64,000 bases of DNA from Nitrospirota bacterium (GCA_963754875.1 CAVWHO010000016.1:128001-192000), one strand, 5' to 3'. Shown: positions 42,844 to 51,784, counted from the stretch's first letter. Numbers and translations: made by a program. The notes: generated by a model from the sequence alone, not told the origin.

Positions 42844-43932
42844 TTAATGCCAGTTGATTTCTATTCCGCAGAGTTGAGGAGATCCGCCGTCTATGCCTAC
42901 GGTAATGCCATTTGCCTTATGACAGGATCCGCATGCTGATACCTTGCCTACGATATTGTAGTTGCTCCTGTCCATGATATGCATGAGGCTATCATCTTTG
43001 CCATTCGTTCTTGCGGAGAGAAAGGCATACTTGCCGTCTTTGGTAAAGGCGAAGTCATGAATCACCACATCGTCTGGTAGATTGATGCGCTTTACAATCT
43101 CATCCTTGGCAGTATCAATGATGATCACCTGAGGTTTCATTGTGCGAGAAGAAAGCCCCGGTCCGAATTCATTCGCAGCTGCCACCCAAAGCTCTTTTCC
43201 GTCAGGAGACATCCTCATCTGGTGGATAAACGTCATCCCGTCAGCACTTTTGATTTCCTTGATCTTCTTCTTTGTTTTCCAGTCGTATACGTAGACGACA
43301 GCCGTGGGCATGTCAGATATGTATGCCTTGGCATTATTCTTGGTCCACGCTATGCCACAGACCGCTTTGCCTACAGGCATTTTATCAACTGTTTTCAGGC
43401 TCTTCGGGTTCCATACGTATACATGCCCATCTGCCATATCTTCAAGATAGATATTGCCATCTGCCCCGAGGATGGTACCACAGAACTTATTGCCGACTTT
43501 GAAGGGCCCTTCTTTTTTTCCACTCTTTAAATTTATTTTATAGACATTGCCGGCAAGCGTGCTGGCAACTAATACGTCTTTGCTGATTAAGGCCTGGCCG
43601 TGAGAGCCGCCGGCCTTTTTTACTTGTTCGAAGTCCATACCCGCAATTTTGCCCTCCATTTCGGAGCCTGCTTCTGTAAGAACAATCCTGTCTTTTTCAG
43701 GATCGGTTGGCGCCTTCATCGTATTCATATCGATGATCGCCAAGTGGCCGCCGTGTCCCGCAATGTAGGCAGTTGCGTTGAATGTCGGTATCTTCGGCGC
43801 CAGTACTTCTTTTGCGTCAATGACAGTTTCGGTGGCCGCTTCGATTGGCGTACGGAATGTGAGCCCAATTAAAAGAACAAGAGCAACAAATGCAAAAAGA
43901 CCAATTGCGACACTCTTTTTCACAAAACTCAT
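42844..43932 (-). CDS. Secreted YVTN-type beta-propeller with CxxCH heme-c motif
   Basis: Blade repeats (..SPDGKELWV, FTKDGKYAF); CGSCH near the C-terminus; N-terminal signal/anchor. Confidence 0.85.
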   Translation of the reverse strand: MSFVKKSVAIGLFAFVALVLLIGLTFRTPIEAATETVIDAKEVLAPKIPTFNATAYIAGHGGHLAIIDMNTMKAPTDPEKDRIVLTEAGSEMEGKIAGMDFEQVKKAGGSHGQALISKDVLVASTLAGNVYKINLKSGKKEGPFKVGNKFCGTILGADGNIYLEDMADGHVYVWNPKSLKTVDKMPVGKAVCGIAWTKNNAKAYISDMPTAVVYVYDWKTKKKIKEIKSADGMTFIHQMRMSPDGKELWVAAANEFGPGLSSRTMKPQVIIIDTAKDEIVKRINLPDDVVIHDFAFTKDGKYAFLSARTNGKDDSLMHIMDRSNYNIVGKVSACGSCHKANGITVGIDGGSPQLCGIEINWH

Positions 43933-44020
43933 AACAACCTCCTCATTGCGCATAATTTAGAAAATACATTCCTATTTGCAAATTGAATTGTATGACCTTA
44001 CAACTGCTCTCGTGCTGATA

Positions 44021-44341
44021 TTATTCGCCGGCAACTAGAGTGCACTGCTTGGTGAAAATGCCCAGGATGCTCAGGTTATCCCGGTTGACACTGAAGATTT
44101 GTTTTATTCCTCCGTTCTTCATTGCAGCCTCAATGCTGGCATCACCGATTGATATAAAACCAAAAAAGGCCGTTACACAAGCGTCTCCCTTTTTTGCCCC
44201 TGTCTTAGCCGGACCTGTTGATACTGCTGTTTTGGTAGCGGTATATCCCCAGCCAAAAGGCCCGTCAGCGACAAAACCGCACCCCGTTGTACCGAACGCA
44301 ACAGCTGCGACCACTGCCGCCAATACTGCGAACTTTTTCAT
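44021..44341 (-). CDS. TRL-like family lipoprotein (paralogue of 38196-38516)
   Basis: Lipobox TTGC; the segment GCGFVADGPFGWGYTA is identical in both copies. Confidence 0.9.
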   Translation of the reverse strand: MKKFAVLAAVVAAVAFGTTGCGFVADGPFGWGYTATKTAVSTGPAKTGAKKGDACVTAFFGFISIGDASIEAAMKNGGIKQIFSVNRDNLSILGIFTKQCTLVAGE

Positions 44342-44439
44342 TCTGCCTCCCCCGTGTTTGAATTTTCAATGCGTGTTGTATGATATCCTAGGTAGTTTAA
44401 GCTTGGTGACAACTATATACCGATCAATACAGCGTAGTC

Positions 44440-44455
44440 TGTATCTTTTGATACA
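44440..44455 (-). promoter_or_regulatory. TGTATC-N4-GATACA box upstream of the TRL-propeller operon
   Basis: tgtatcttttgataca; -10 TATAGT at 44417-44412 (23-nt spacer). Confidence 0.75.
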
Positions 44456-44680
44456 GGAACGGCAAAAAAATGATATTTTTAAAAGGGAAAGTTTAGGAAT
44501 AGAGTTCGTCATCTCACTTTGTCAAAAATGCGATTCCTGGTATCTCCAAGTCTTGTATAATGACTTCCAGGGTCGGAGCGTAGGCATCCAACCTTCAAAG
44601 CACTTCAAATGGAATTACAAATGGATTTTACACTGGTTTCTGCGTTGTTCACCAATCAGCCTATCTGATAGCTGACATAT

Positions 44681-45112
44681 TTATCGATCACACACAAATG
44701 GTCCTTTTCGTTCCTTCGATGTAAAGTTATCAATGTAGGGCGACAAATACGTGTCTATAATCGTACGCCTGCTTACAACGCCCATGTATCGATTATTATT
44801 CATGATTGGAATCACCATATAGTTTTCGAGAAGCATCGTACGGATTAGATCATTGATGGAGGCAGTTATGTCTGCAGTTTTAGGATTTGTGGTCATAATC
44901 TGCTCAGCATTAATTTCATCAAAATCAATGCCGTTTTGCATGGCTTCAAGAACATGAGCTTCCGTGATAACTCCCACAACCTCCATCTTGTCATTAACGA
45001 CAGGAAGACCGGATTGCCCAGATGAGATAATCTTATTCGCCACTTCCCTCATCGTCATAAACCATCTAACGTATATCTTTTCACGCATGATATGCCTTGC
45101 ACAAAGTTCCAT
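44681..45112 (-). CDS. CBS-pair protein
   Basis: SGLPVVND...VVGVITE; AEQIMT; IPIM...GVVSR. Confidence 0.9.
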   Translation of the reverse strand: MELCARHIMREKIYVRWFMTMREVANKIISSGQSGLPVVNDKMEVVGVITEAHVLEAMQNGIDFDEINAEQIMTTNPKTADITASINDLIRTMLLENYMVIPIMNNNRYMGVVSRRTIIDTYLSPYIDNFTSKERKGPFVCDR

Positions 45113-45154
45113 GATATTATCCTCCGGGAGGCCGTGTTGCGATTTTACGATTTA

Positions 45155-45835
45155 TTAGGAATAACTTGCAGATAGCCGCACGTGATCAGCCACGTGATCA
45201 GTCATATTATCGATCACTCTAATACGCTCACCAGCCGTTTCAATTAATCCGTCTTTTCTCAATTTGGCAATGCACCTTGACACTGATACCCGAGTCGATC
45301 CTGTTAAGTCCGCTATCTCCTGGTGGGTCAGGGGAATTTTGACAATACTCTTTACCGCATATTTTAACAGTAGTGCAACGACTCTCGCTGCGACGTCCAT
45401 GAACGCCATGTCTTCAAGAAGGTTTTCCATGGCAAGCCGCCTGTCTCCGATATGTTTGATCAACTTAAGGGCAAAATCAGGCTTTTTATGCATAAATTCC
45501 TTGAGATCATTTTTCCCAAGTTCGCAGAAAGAAGAATCCACCATAGCTTCTGCAAATGAACGGCGTTCTTTTTCGCCAGCCAGGCATAATTCTCCGAAAA
45601 ATTGTCCGGGCTCAATCAGGTCAATGGTGAGCTTTCTTCCGTCCGTATTGACCCGGGAAATTTTGATTATTCCCTCATGTAGAATGAAAATGGAGGACGC
45701 AGGATCACCTTGCATGAATACAGCATCACCTTTGGCAATCCTTGATCGTCGGGATGTCTTTGCCAAGACATCAATTTCATGCCCTGATACATCGGAAAAA
45801 AGTGCGGATCTCGAGTAACATTGATGTTGATCCAT
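45155..45835 (-). CDS. Crp/Fnr-family regulator (paralogue 2)
   Basis: Shares long identical stretches with 40558-41232, including the HTH. Confidence 0.95.
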   Translation of the reverse strand: MDQHQCYSRSALFSDVSGHEIDVLAKTSRRSRIAKGDAVFMQGDPASSIFILHEGIIKISRVNTDGRKLTIDLIEPGQFFGELCLAGEKERRSFAEAMVDSSFCELGKNDLKEFMHKKPDFALKLIKHIGDRRLAMENLLEDMAFMDVAARVVALLLKYAVKSIVKIPLTHQEIADLTGSTRVSVSRCIAKLRKDGLIETAGERIRVIDNMTDHVADHVRLSASYS

Positions 45836-46004
45836 GGCCGTCTTCCTCCTTCTTCGTAATATAACGACAAATCATGCTACCAGAAGCATAAGCGTCTGAC
45901 GGGAGATACCATTGCCAGAAGCCTCTCCTTTTGATAGATGAAAATTCGAGGAAACGTTCCAAAGACTATTGAAGGTTTCTAAACTCAATAACTAATAATG
46001 TATT

Positions 46005-46020
46005 ATCAAGAATCATGCCA
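46005..46020 (-). promoter_or_regulatory. Putative sigma-54 -24/-12 promoter for crp-cbs
   Basis: Minus strand TGGCATG-ATTC-TTGAT: correct spacing, with GA instead of GC at -12. Confidence 0.45.
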
Positions 46021-46260
46021 TATAGAGTTCTTGTTGAAAAACAGTATGTTATGCTGATGGATACTTAATATGACGGGGAATTAAGAGAAACCTGGAAGGT
46101 ATTTCAGCACATTGCAACATATTTGCAGCATTTCACACGAATTTGCATCAAGCACTACGGCAAATCGCCCAGCTTATGCAAAGGAATAGAAACCACTTTG
46201 CCGTAGTATTTTAATAAAGAACTCCGTTTTACAATTAGGACTGCGTTCCATATGAGTATT

Positions 46261-46372
46261 CTGCTCCAATTCAGGCAGCCATTCCACTGCAATTCAGGCA
46301 CCTGTTCTGCTCCAATTCAGGCACCCATTCCACTGCAATTCGGGCCGGTGTTCCGCTCCAATTCAGGCACCC
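46261..46372 (+). repeat. IS21 left-end sub-terminal repeats (5 copies, 23-bp period)
   Basis: caattc(a/g)ggc at 46267, 46290, 46313, 46336 and 46359. Confidence 0.85.
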
Positions 46373-46453
46373 TCTAACGCATTAAACGACGCTGGGTAAA
46401 TTCTACAAATTCGTATATCCTGCTCCTTAAAATTCGCTTCTAAGGAGAGCTGG

Positions 46454-47995
46454 ATGACGAGAGAAAGAATACCCGTGCGAACAATTAAAGAAGTTTTACG
46501 CCTCAAATGGTCCTGCGGCCTAGACCGCCGCGCTATATCCAAAAGCTGTGGAATAGCCAGAAGCACCGTTGACGAGTATACGAAACGAGCCAGACAGGCC
46601 GGGCTATCATGGCCCCTGCCGGCAGACCTGGACGATACCGCCCTCGAGCATCTTCTCTACCCGCCGGTCATTGTCTCCACATCTCCACGTCCGCTCCCTG
46701 TATGGGAGGATGTTCACCGCGAGCTTGCGCGTAAAAGTGTTACCCTGATGCTCCTGTGGGACGAGTACAAAGCGCAATATCCTGAAGGATATCAGTACGC
46801 ACATTTTTGTGACCTCTATCGCGCCTATGCAAAAAAGCTCGATATCTCCATGCGACAGGTTCATCTTGCAGGAGAAAAGCTGTTTGTTGATTACTGTGGC
46901 CAAACAGTCTCGGTAATCGACAAATCCACCGGAGAGGTACACAACTGTCAGATCTTCGTCGCCGTCCTAGGCGCCAGCAACTTTACATATGCCGAAGCAA
47001 CGTTTACGCAGGGTCTGCCAGACTGGATCGGTTCCCATGTCCGGACCCTTAAGTTCATCGACGGTGTGCCCGAGATCCTGATCCCTGATAATCTTCTCTC
47101 CGGCATCACCAAGGTCTGTCGCTATGAGCCAGGCGTCAATCGCACCTATCAAGAGCTTGCAGTTCATTACGGTGCTGCGGTCATTCCTGCCCGCGTCAGG
47201 AAGCCTAAAGACAAAGCGAAAGTTGAAGCCGGAGTCCTTCTGGTGCAGCGTTGGATCCTGGCAGCCCTCAGGAACCGTACCTTCTTCAGCCTCGCAGAAC
47301 TCAATGCCGCTATCCGGGAACTGCTGGATAGACTCAATAACCGGCCCTTCAAGAAGCTCTCCGGCAGCCGTATGAGCCGTTTTCTGGAGATCGATAAGCC
47401 TGCATTACAACCGCTGCCTGCTGTGGCCTTCGAGTACGCAGAATGGAAGATAAAAAAACGTTCCGGCATCGATTACCACGTCGAAGTCAATGACCACTAT
47501 TACAGCGTACCCTACCAACTCCGCAATGAATACCTGGACGTACGGCTAACGGAATCGATTGTAGAAGTCTTCTTTCACAACAAACGCATCGCCTCACATA
47601 TCCGGTCCTATGCCAAGGGAAGACATACGACACTTGCCGAGCACATGCCGAAGTCCCATCGGGACTATGCTGACTGGACCCCAGAGCGCCTGATACGCTG
47701 GGCATCGGAAACCGGCAAATCAACGGCAGAGCTGGTTACGGCCATTCTCGCAAAGAAGCTTCACCCACAACAAGGCTTTCGTTCCTGTATGGGGATCATC
47801 ACTCTTTCCAAGAAGTTTGGCAAAGAACGCGTCGAGGCTGCCTGCAAGCGAGCACTCGCCATCGGGGGCATCAGTTTCGGAAGCGTCAAGTCCATCCTTG
47901 AAACAAATTTAGACAAAAAACCGTTACCAGAGCCAAAAGCCGCATCACAGGCGATCACTCACAGCAACATCCGTGGCAGCGAATACTATAACTAA
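46454..47995 (+). CDS. istA: IS21 transposase
   Basis: GEKLFVDYCG, PDNL, KPKDKAKVE (DDE), HSNIRG. Confidence 0.97.
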   Translation: MTRERIPVRTIKEVLRLKWSCGLDRRAISKSCGIARSTVDEYTKRARQAGLSWPLPADLDDTALEHLLYPPVIVSTSPRPLPVWEDVHRELARKSVTLMLLWDEYKAQYPEGYQYAHFCDLYRAYAKKLDISMRQVHLAGEKLFVDYCGQTVSVIDKSTGEVHNCQIFVAVLGASNFTYAEATFTQGLPDWIGSHVRTLKFIDGVPEILIPDNLLSGITKVCRYEPGVNRTYQELAVHYGAAVIPARVRKPKDKAKVEAGVLLVQRWILAALRNRTFFSLAELNAAIRELLDRLNNRPFKKLSGSRMSRFLEIDKPALQPLPAVAFEYAEWKIKKRSGIDYHVEVNDHYYSVPYQLRNEYLDVRLTESIVEVFFHNKRIASHIRSYAKGRHTTLAEHMPKSHRDYADWTPERLIRWASETGKSTAELVTAILAKKLHPQQGFRSCMGIITLSKKFGKERVEAACKRALAIGGISFGSVKSILETNLDKKPLPEPKAASQAITHSNIRGSEYYN

Positions 47996-48013
47996 CTGCA
48001 AAAGGAGACTATT

Positions 48014-48754
48014 ATGTTAGCGCATCCCACACTCGACAAGATCGAACAACTCCGTCTTTTTGGCATGGCAAAAGCCCTGCGTGAACAACTGCAGAATCAA
48101 AAAGCGACTTCACTAAGCTTTGAGGAGCGGCTTGGGCTCCTTATTGACCGAGAACTGACAGAACGAGAGAACAGACGGCTTGTTACGCGCTTACGGGTTG
48201 CAAAACTACGAATCTCTGCCTCTGTCGAAGACATCGACTTCCGTCAGCCCCGAGGGCTGGACAAATCGCTCATTCTGTCGCTTGCGTCGAACCAGTGGAT
48301 TATCGAGCATCACAATCTGCTTATCATCGGCCCGACCGGCGTGGGAAAGAGCTATCTTGCCTGCGCCCTGTCCCACAAAGCCTGCCGTGATGGTCATGCC
48401 GTCGTGTATCAGAGGCTGCCGAGGCTTCTTGAAGATCTGGCCCTATCGCATCACGACGGACGGTATCGGAAACTGATGAAGTCACTTCTCAAGGCAGACC
48501 TGCTTGTCCTCGACGACTTCGGACTTGCTCCGCTCACGACGGAACAGCAAAGAGATCTTCTGGAAATCATCGAGGACCGTTATGATCGCCGGTCGACCCT
48601 CATAACTACCCAAATGCCGGTTAAGCACTGGCATGATATCCTGGCCGACCCGACCTTGGCTGACGCTATCATGGACCGTCTGGTGCATAACGCCTACAAA
48701 ATAGACCTGAAAGGAGAATCAATGAGAAAGAGCAAATCAAAGATCAATCGTTGA
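48014..48754 (+). CDS. istB: IS21 helper ATPase
   Basis: GPTGVGKS, LLVLDDFG, DRLVHNA. Confidence 0.97.
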   Translation: MLAHPTLDKIEQLRLFGMAKALREQLQNQKATSLSFEERLGLLIDRELTERENRRLVTRLRVAKLRISASVEDIDFRQPRGLDKSLILSLASNQWIIEHHNLLIIGPTGVGKSYLACALSHKACRDGHAVVYQRLPRLLEDLALSHHDGRYRKLMKSLLKADLLVLDDFGLAPLTTEQQRDLLEIIEDRYDRRSTLITTQMPVKHWHDILADPTLADAIMDRLVHNAYKIDLKGESMRKSKSKINR

Positions 48755-49181
48755 CAAGTCAAAATCCCTATGAGATAGTAGCTTTAACCCAGCAATCGGT
48801 TATCCCGTTGGAGAGTGCCCGAATTGAATCGGAATGCGTGCCCGAAACGAAACCGAATGCCTGCCTGAATTCACCAGAATACACATTCCATAGTCGGTTC
48901 TCAAAAAAGGCACGGCTAGGTGCACTCAAAGCTCATCACACACAGTCTGGAGCAAAATACTAACAAGAAAGTTTGGGTATCAAAACGATGAAGACAAATA
49001 TCAACGGATAGTTGGGCGGGACAGACCAAATCATCAGGAAACTCTGTGAGCACTGAGGAGTGGGCATGGTAGAAGTGAAAAATATTTCGACCAGAGCAGC
49101 TTATCTGTGCTTTTCCACCCCACTCAAGTATAGGATGGGGATGTCCTTTTGTGGCGTCGGCGCTAGCCAGTGGTCATAACT

Positions 49182-50513
49182 TCAAGTTAGTTTGCGATGC
49201 AGTGTAGTTCTGTCAATACCGAGGGTTCGCGCTGCCATGGCCTTGTTGCCACCACATTCCTTCAGGACTCGGCGGCATTCTTCGACAGTGATCTTCTTAT
49301 ATAATTTTTTGGTTACTTTTGGTGCGGTTTTTTTGAACTCACTTACGGACATCTCATGCGGATTCAATTCTCGTTGTTTTTGCTTCCACATTTCCTTTAT
49401 GTCAAATGGCATACTATCGATAGTTATATAATCATCTTTCGTGCAAACGAGCGCATGCTCTAAGGCGTTCTCCAGTTCCCTGATATTACCCGGCCAATCA
49501 TATGCAATAAAGGCGTTCATAGCCTTTGACGAAACGGCGCGTATAGCCTTATAACCCTTTTTTTTGAACTCACCAAGAAAATGGTTGATCAGGCCCGGAA
49601 TATCTTCCTTCCTCTCTCTCAAAGGCGGCAGATATATCGGAACGACATTAAGACGGTAAAACAGATCTTCTCTGAAAGTGCCGTTTTTAATTGCTTCTTT
49701 AAGGTTCCTGTTTGTTGCGGCTAGTATTCTAACATCAACGGTAATAGTTTTATTGCTGCCAAGCCGCTCAAAACTCCGGGATTGAAGCACTCTTAGAAGC
49801 TTGACCTGCAGATGCGTGCTCAGCTCTCCAATTTCATCCAGAAAAACAGTTCCTCCGTCAGCTATCTCGAAACGGCCGGGCTTATCCATAAATGCACCCG
49901 AATATGCGCCCTTCACATGCCCGAAAAGTTCTCCTTCGAGGAGTGTTTCAGGAAAGGCCGCACAGTTAAGCTTCACAAAAGGAAAGCCCTTTCTCACGCT
50001 CTTTTGGTGAATGAGGTGTGCAACCAACTCCTTACCTGTCCCCGACTCACCCTGAATCAATGCGGTGACATTGCTCGACGCGACACTTAGGCAGAGGTCG
50101 ATGACCTCTAGCATCTTGCTGTTTTTCGTAACCATCGAGACCTCACTTTTTTGCATCCGTAATGCGTCTTCGAGGTCTTTGATCATACTTATGTCCCTGA
50201 ATAGGAATGCCTTCCATATGCATCCAGATATATCGCGTAGAGGTACATAGGTAAATGTTATATAGATGGACTTGTCTTCGTCACCGGGAAGTTTGAGGCT
50301 TGTAAGAGTTTCATCAATAAGAGTAACTTCGGTGCTTTTGATGAAAAAATTGTCGATATGACCGCCTATCATTTTCACAGCATCTTTGCCCAATATCTCC
50401 ATTCCGGGCGAGCTTATCCACCTGATGATATCAGCCACATCCGCGAGTATTATCCCCTCATCGAGGTGGTTGAATATCCTGTAAAGGTCAACTTTGTCTT
50501 TTGGAAAATCCAT
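49182..50513 (-). CDS. Sigma-54-dependent Fis-family activator with PAS domain
   Basis: GESGTGKE, ELFGH, GAYSGA, FLDEIG, FREDLFYRLNV, WPGNIREL and a Fis HTH. Confidence 0.95.
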   Translation of the reverse strand: MDFPKDKVDLYRIFNHLDEGIILADVADIIRWISSPGMEILGKDAVKMIGGHIDNFFIKSTEVTLIDETLTSLKLPGDEDKSIYITFTYVPLRDISGCIWKAFLFRDISMIKDLEDALRMQKSEVSMVTKNSKMLEVIDLCLSVASSNVTALIQGESGTGKELVAHLIHQKSVRKGFPFVKLNCAAFPETLLEGELFGHVKGAYSGAFMDKPGRFEIADGGTVFLDEIGELSTHLQVKLLRVLQSRSFERLGSNKTITVDVRILAATNRNLKEAIKNGTFREDLFYRLNVVPIYLPPLRERKEDIPGLINHFLGEFKKKGYKAIRAVSSKAMNAFIAYDWPGNIRELENALEHALVCTKDDYITIDSMPFDIKEMWKQKQRELNPHEMSVSEFKKTAPKVTKKLYKKITVEECRRVLKECGGNKAMAARTLGIDRTTLHRKLT

Positions 50514-51252
50514 AGTCTAATGTCAACTCTTCACGTGGAGGCTGCCTTTATCGATGACACTTGATTTAGCTCTGCAATGCTTTCTGTATAATTGCGAGAG
50601 GTGTCTGCCTTCTTAACTTGCTCTAAGTAAAATATATTAGTGGCGACATAGTTCAGTTGTTTATCTTTGCTATTATAACTCAGCCTTAACCCTTTGAGGA
50701 AGTTTTTATTGGGGTCTATTTTAATTGGATAATTGTTTCGTAGTTCGTGCTGCTAAGTTCTTAGAAGCAGTTCCGGTATTTTTTCTCGATGTCTTCCTGT
50801 ATCTATCCGCAGCAAAGGGCATCGACCTTGAGCCAACAAAACCAGTTCGCGTCACGGAAGGGGGGGCAACTCGCCTGTTATTATGATTTCACAATACTAT
50901 TTCCTGTCCAGCACAGCCCTGATTTATTTCGACAGTTCTTTCGGAAAAACGGGCTTTTGCAGGAGTGACAAGCCGTTATCCATACGTCGTTGCGGCAATC
51001 GTCCAGCAAAGCTCATCTATTTTTTAACACTGCGCGACATTTCTTTGCTATTTTCCTATCGCGCTTCCTAAACTCGTAGCACCAAATAATGCTCATGTTC
51101 TACCTTTTATTACAGCGCTGTTTTTTGTAGCCCACAAATAATTCCTTTACGGAAGCAGAATCCTATATCTTTTCAGCCTAAGCTTTCGTGCCAATCCCAT
51201 TATTATTATTTCTGCCATGAACCGACTATAAGCTATGTAATATAATGGAGTC

Positions 51253-51268
51253 TGTATCATGTGATACA
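51253..51268 (-). promoter_or_regulatory. TGTATC-N4-GATACA box at the island right end
   Basis: tgtatcatgtgataca; -10 TATAGT at 51230-51225 (23-nt spacer). Confidence 0.7.
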
Positions 51269-51430
51269 TGCCGGTTATTCTGTCCGCACGCTGACCAATT
51301 CACCAAACCGTGAGAACCCCTTTCATTGCCATACCACCGCCTATCCGTATAACTTCGATGATCCCCAAAAGATGGTTAATCTCTTCGAGGTGCTTCGGTT
51401 CTATATAACAATTATTGGGTCCCGTTTAAA
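51267..51430 (+). pseudogene. Fragment of NAD(P)-binding epimerase/dehydratase (SDR-like)
   Basis: AGYSVRTLTNSPNRENPF...YNFDDPQKMV, then frameshifted SLRGASVLYNNYWV. Confidence 0.6.
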
Positions 51431-51706
51431 AGAGGTGGCTTCAAAGGTAAAAAAGCGGGAACTATACCGTAAAAAAACAACGCAATACAAGGCGTTTGAT
51501 TATTTTTACCATACGCGGTTATGCTGCGGACGTACACAGCGAAAGAGATATCGAGAGGATGCTCGGGCAGAGTACGCCAGGAATGTCGAGGAAATATTTA
51601 AAGCGGTCGGAAGAAATGTTACGCGGGATGCATCGATCATGTACTGCCCAACTACTGCCCAAAGAGGAAAAGCGCGAGGCTAACTGATGAAATTACAAAA
51701 TAAATT

Positions 51707-51784
51707 TGGCGTCCCCAAGGGGATTCGAACCCCTGTTATCGCCGTGAAAGGGCGGTGTCCTGGGCCGGGCTAGACGATGGGGAC
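51707..51784 (-). tRNA. tRNA-Glu(TTC)
   Basis: GTCCCCA...anticodon loop CTTTCAC, GGTTCGAATCC, encoded CCA. Confidence 0.97.

Larger units (their letters stand above)
46253..48885 (+). mobile_element. Complete IS21-family insertion sequence
   Basis: TG...CA ends; IRs tgagtattctg...aattcaggcag / tgtgtattctg...aattcaggcag; 7-bp target duplication TTCCATA at 46246-46252 and 48886-48892. Confidence 0.95.
18800..51706. other. AT-richer accessory region / genomic island abutting the tRNA-Glu 3' end (left boundary approximate)
   Basis: Visible compositional shift, paralogue repeats, pseudogenes, IS21 and an adjacent tRNA; no integrase or att repeat found. Confidence 0.6.

Noticed and set aside
30287..44341. 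Magnetosome gene island
   Set aside because: Many small membrane proteins, a TPR protein and hemerythrin are present, but there is no recognisable MamK actin, MamB/M CDF, MamE/O protease, magnetochrome or FeoB.
46261..46372. Regularly spaced repeats resembling a mini-CRISPR
   Set aside because: 23-bp period with no unique spacers; lies inside the IS21 left end and matches the right-end IR; no cas genes.
50520..50880. Open stretch on the minus strand upstream of the sigma-54 activator
   Set aside because: No start codon, interrupted by stops and no recognisable family; cannot be supported as a gene.
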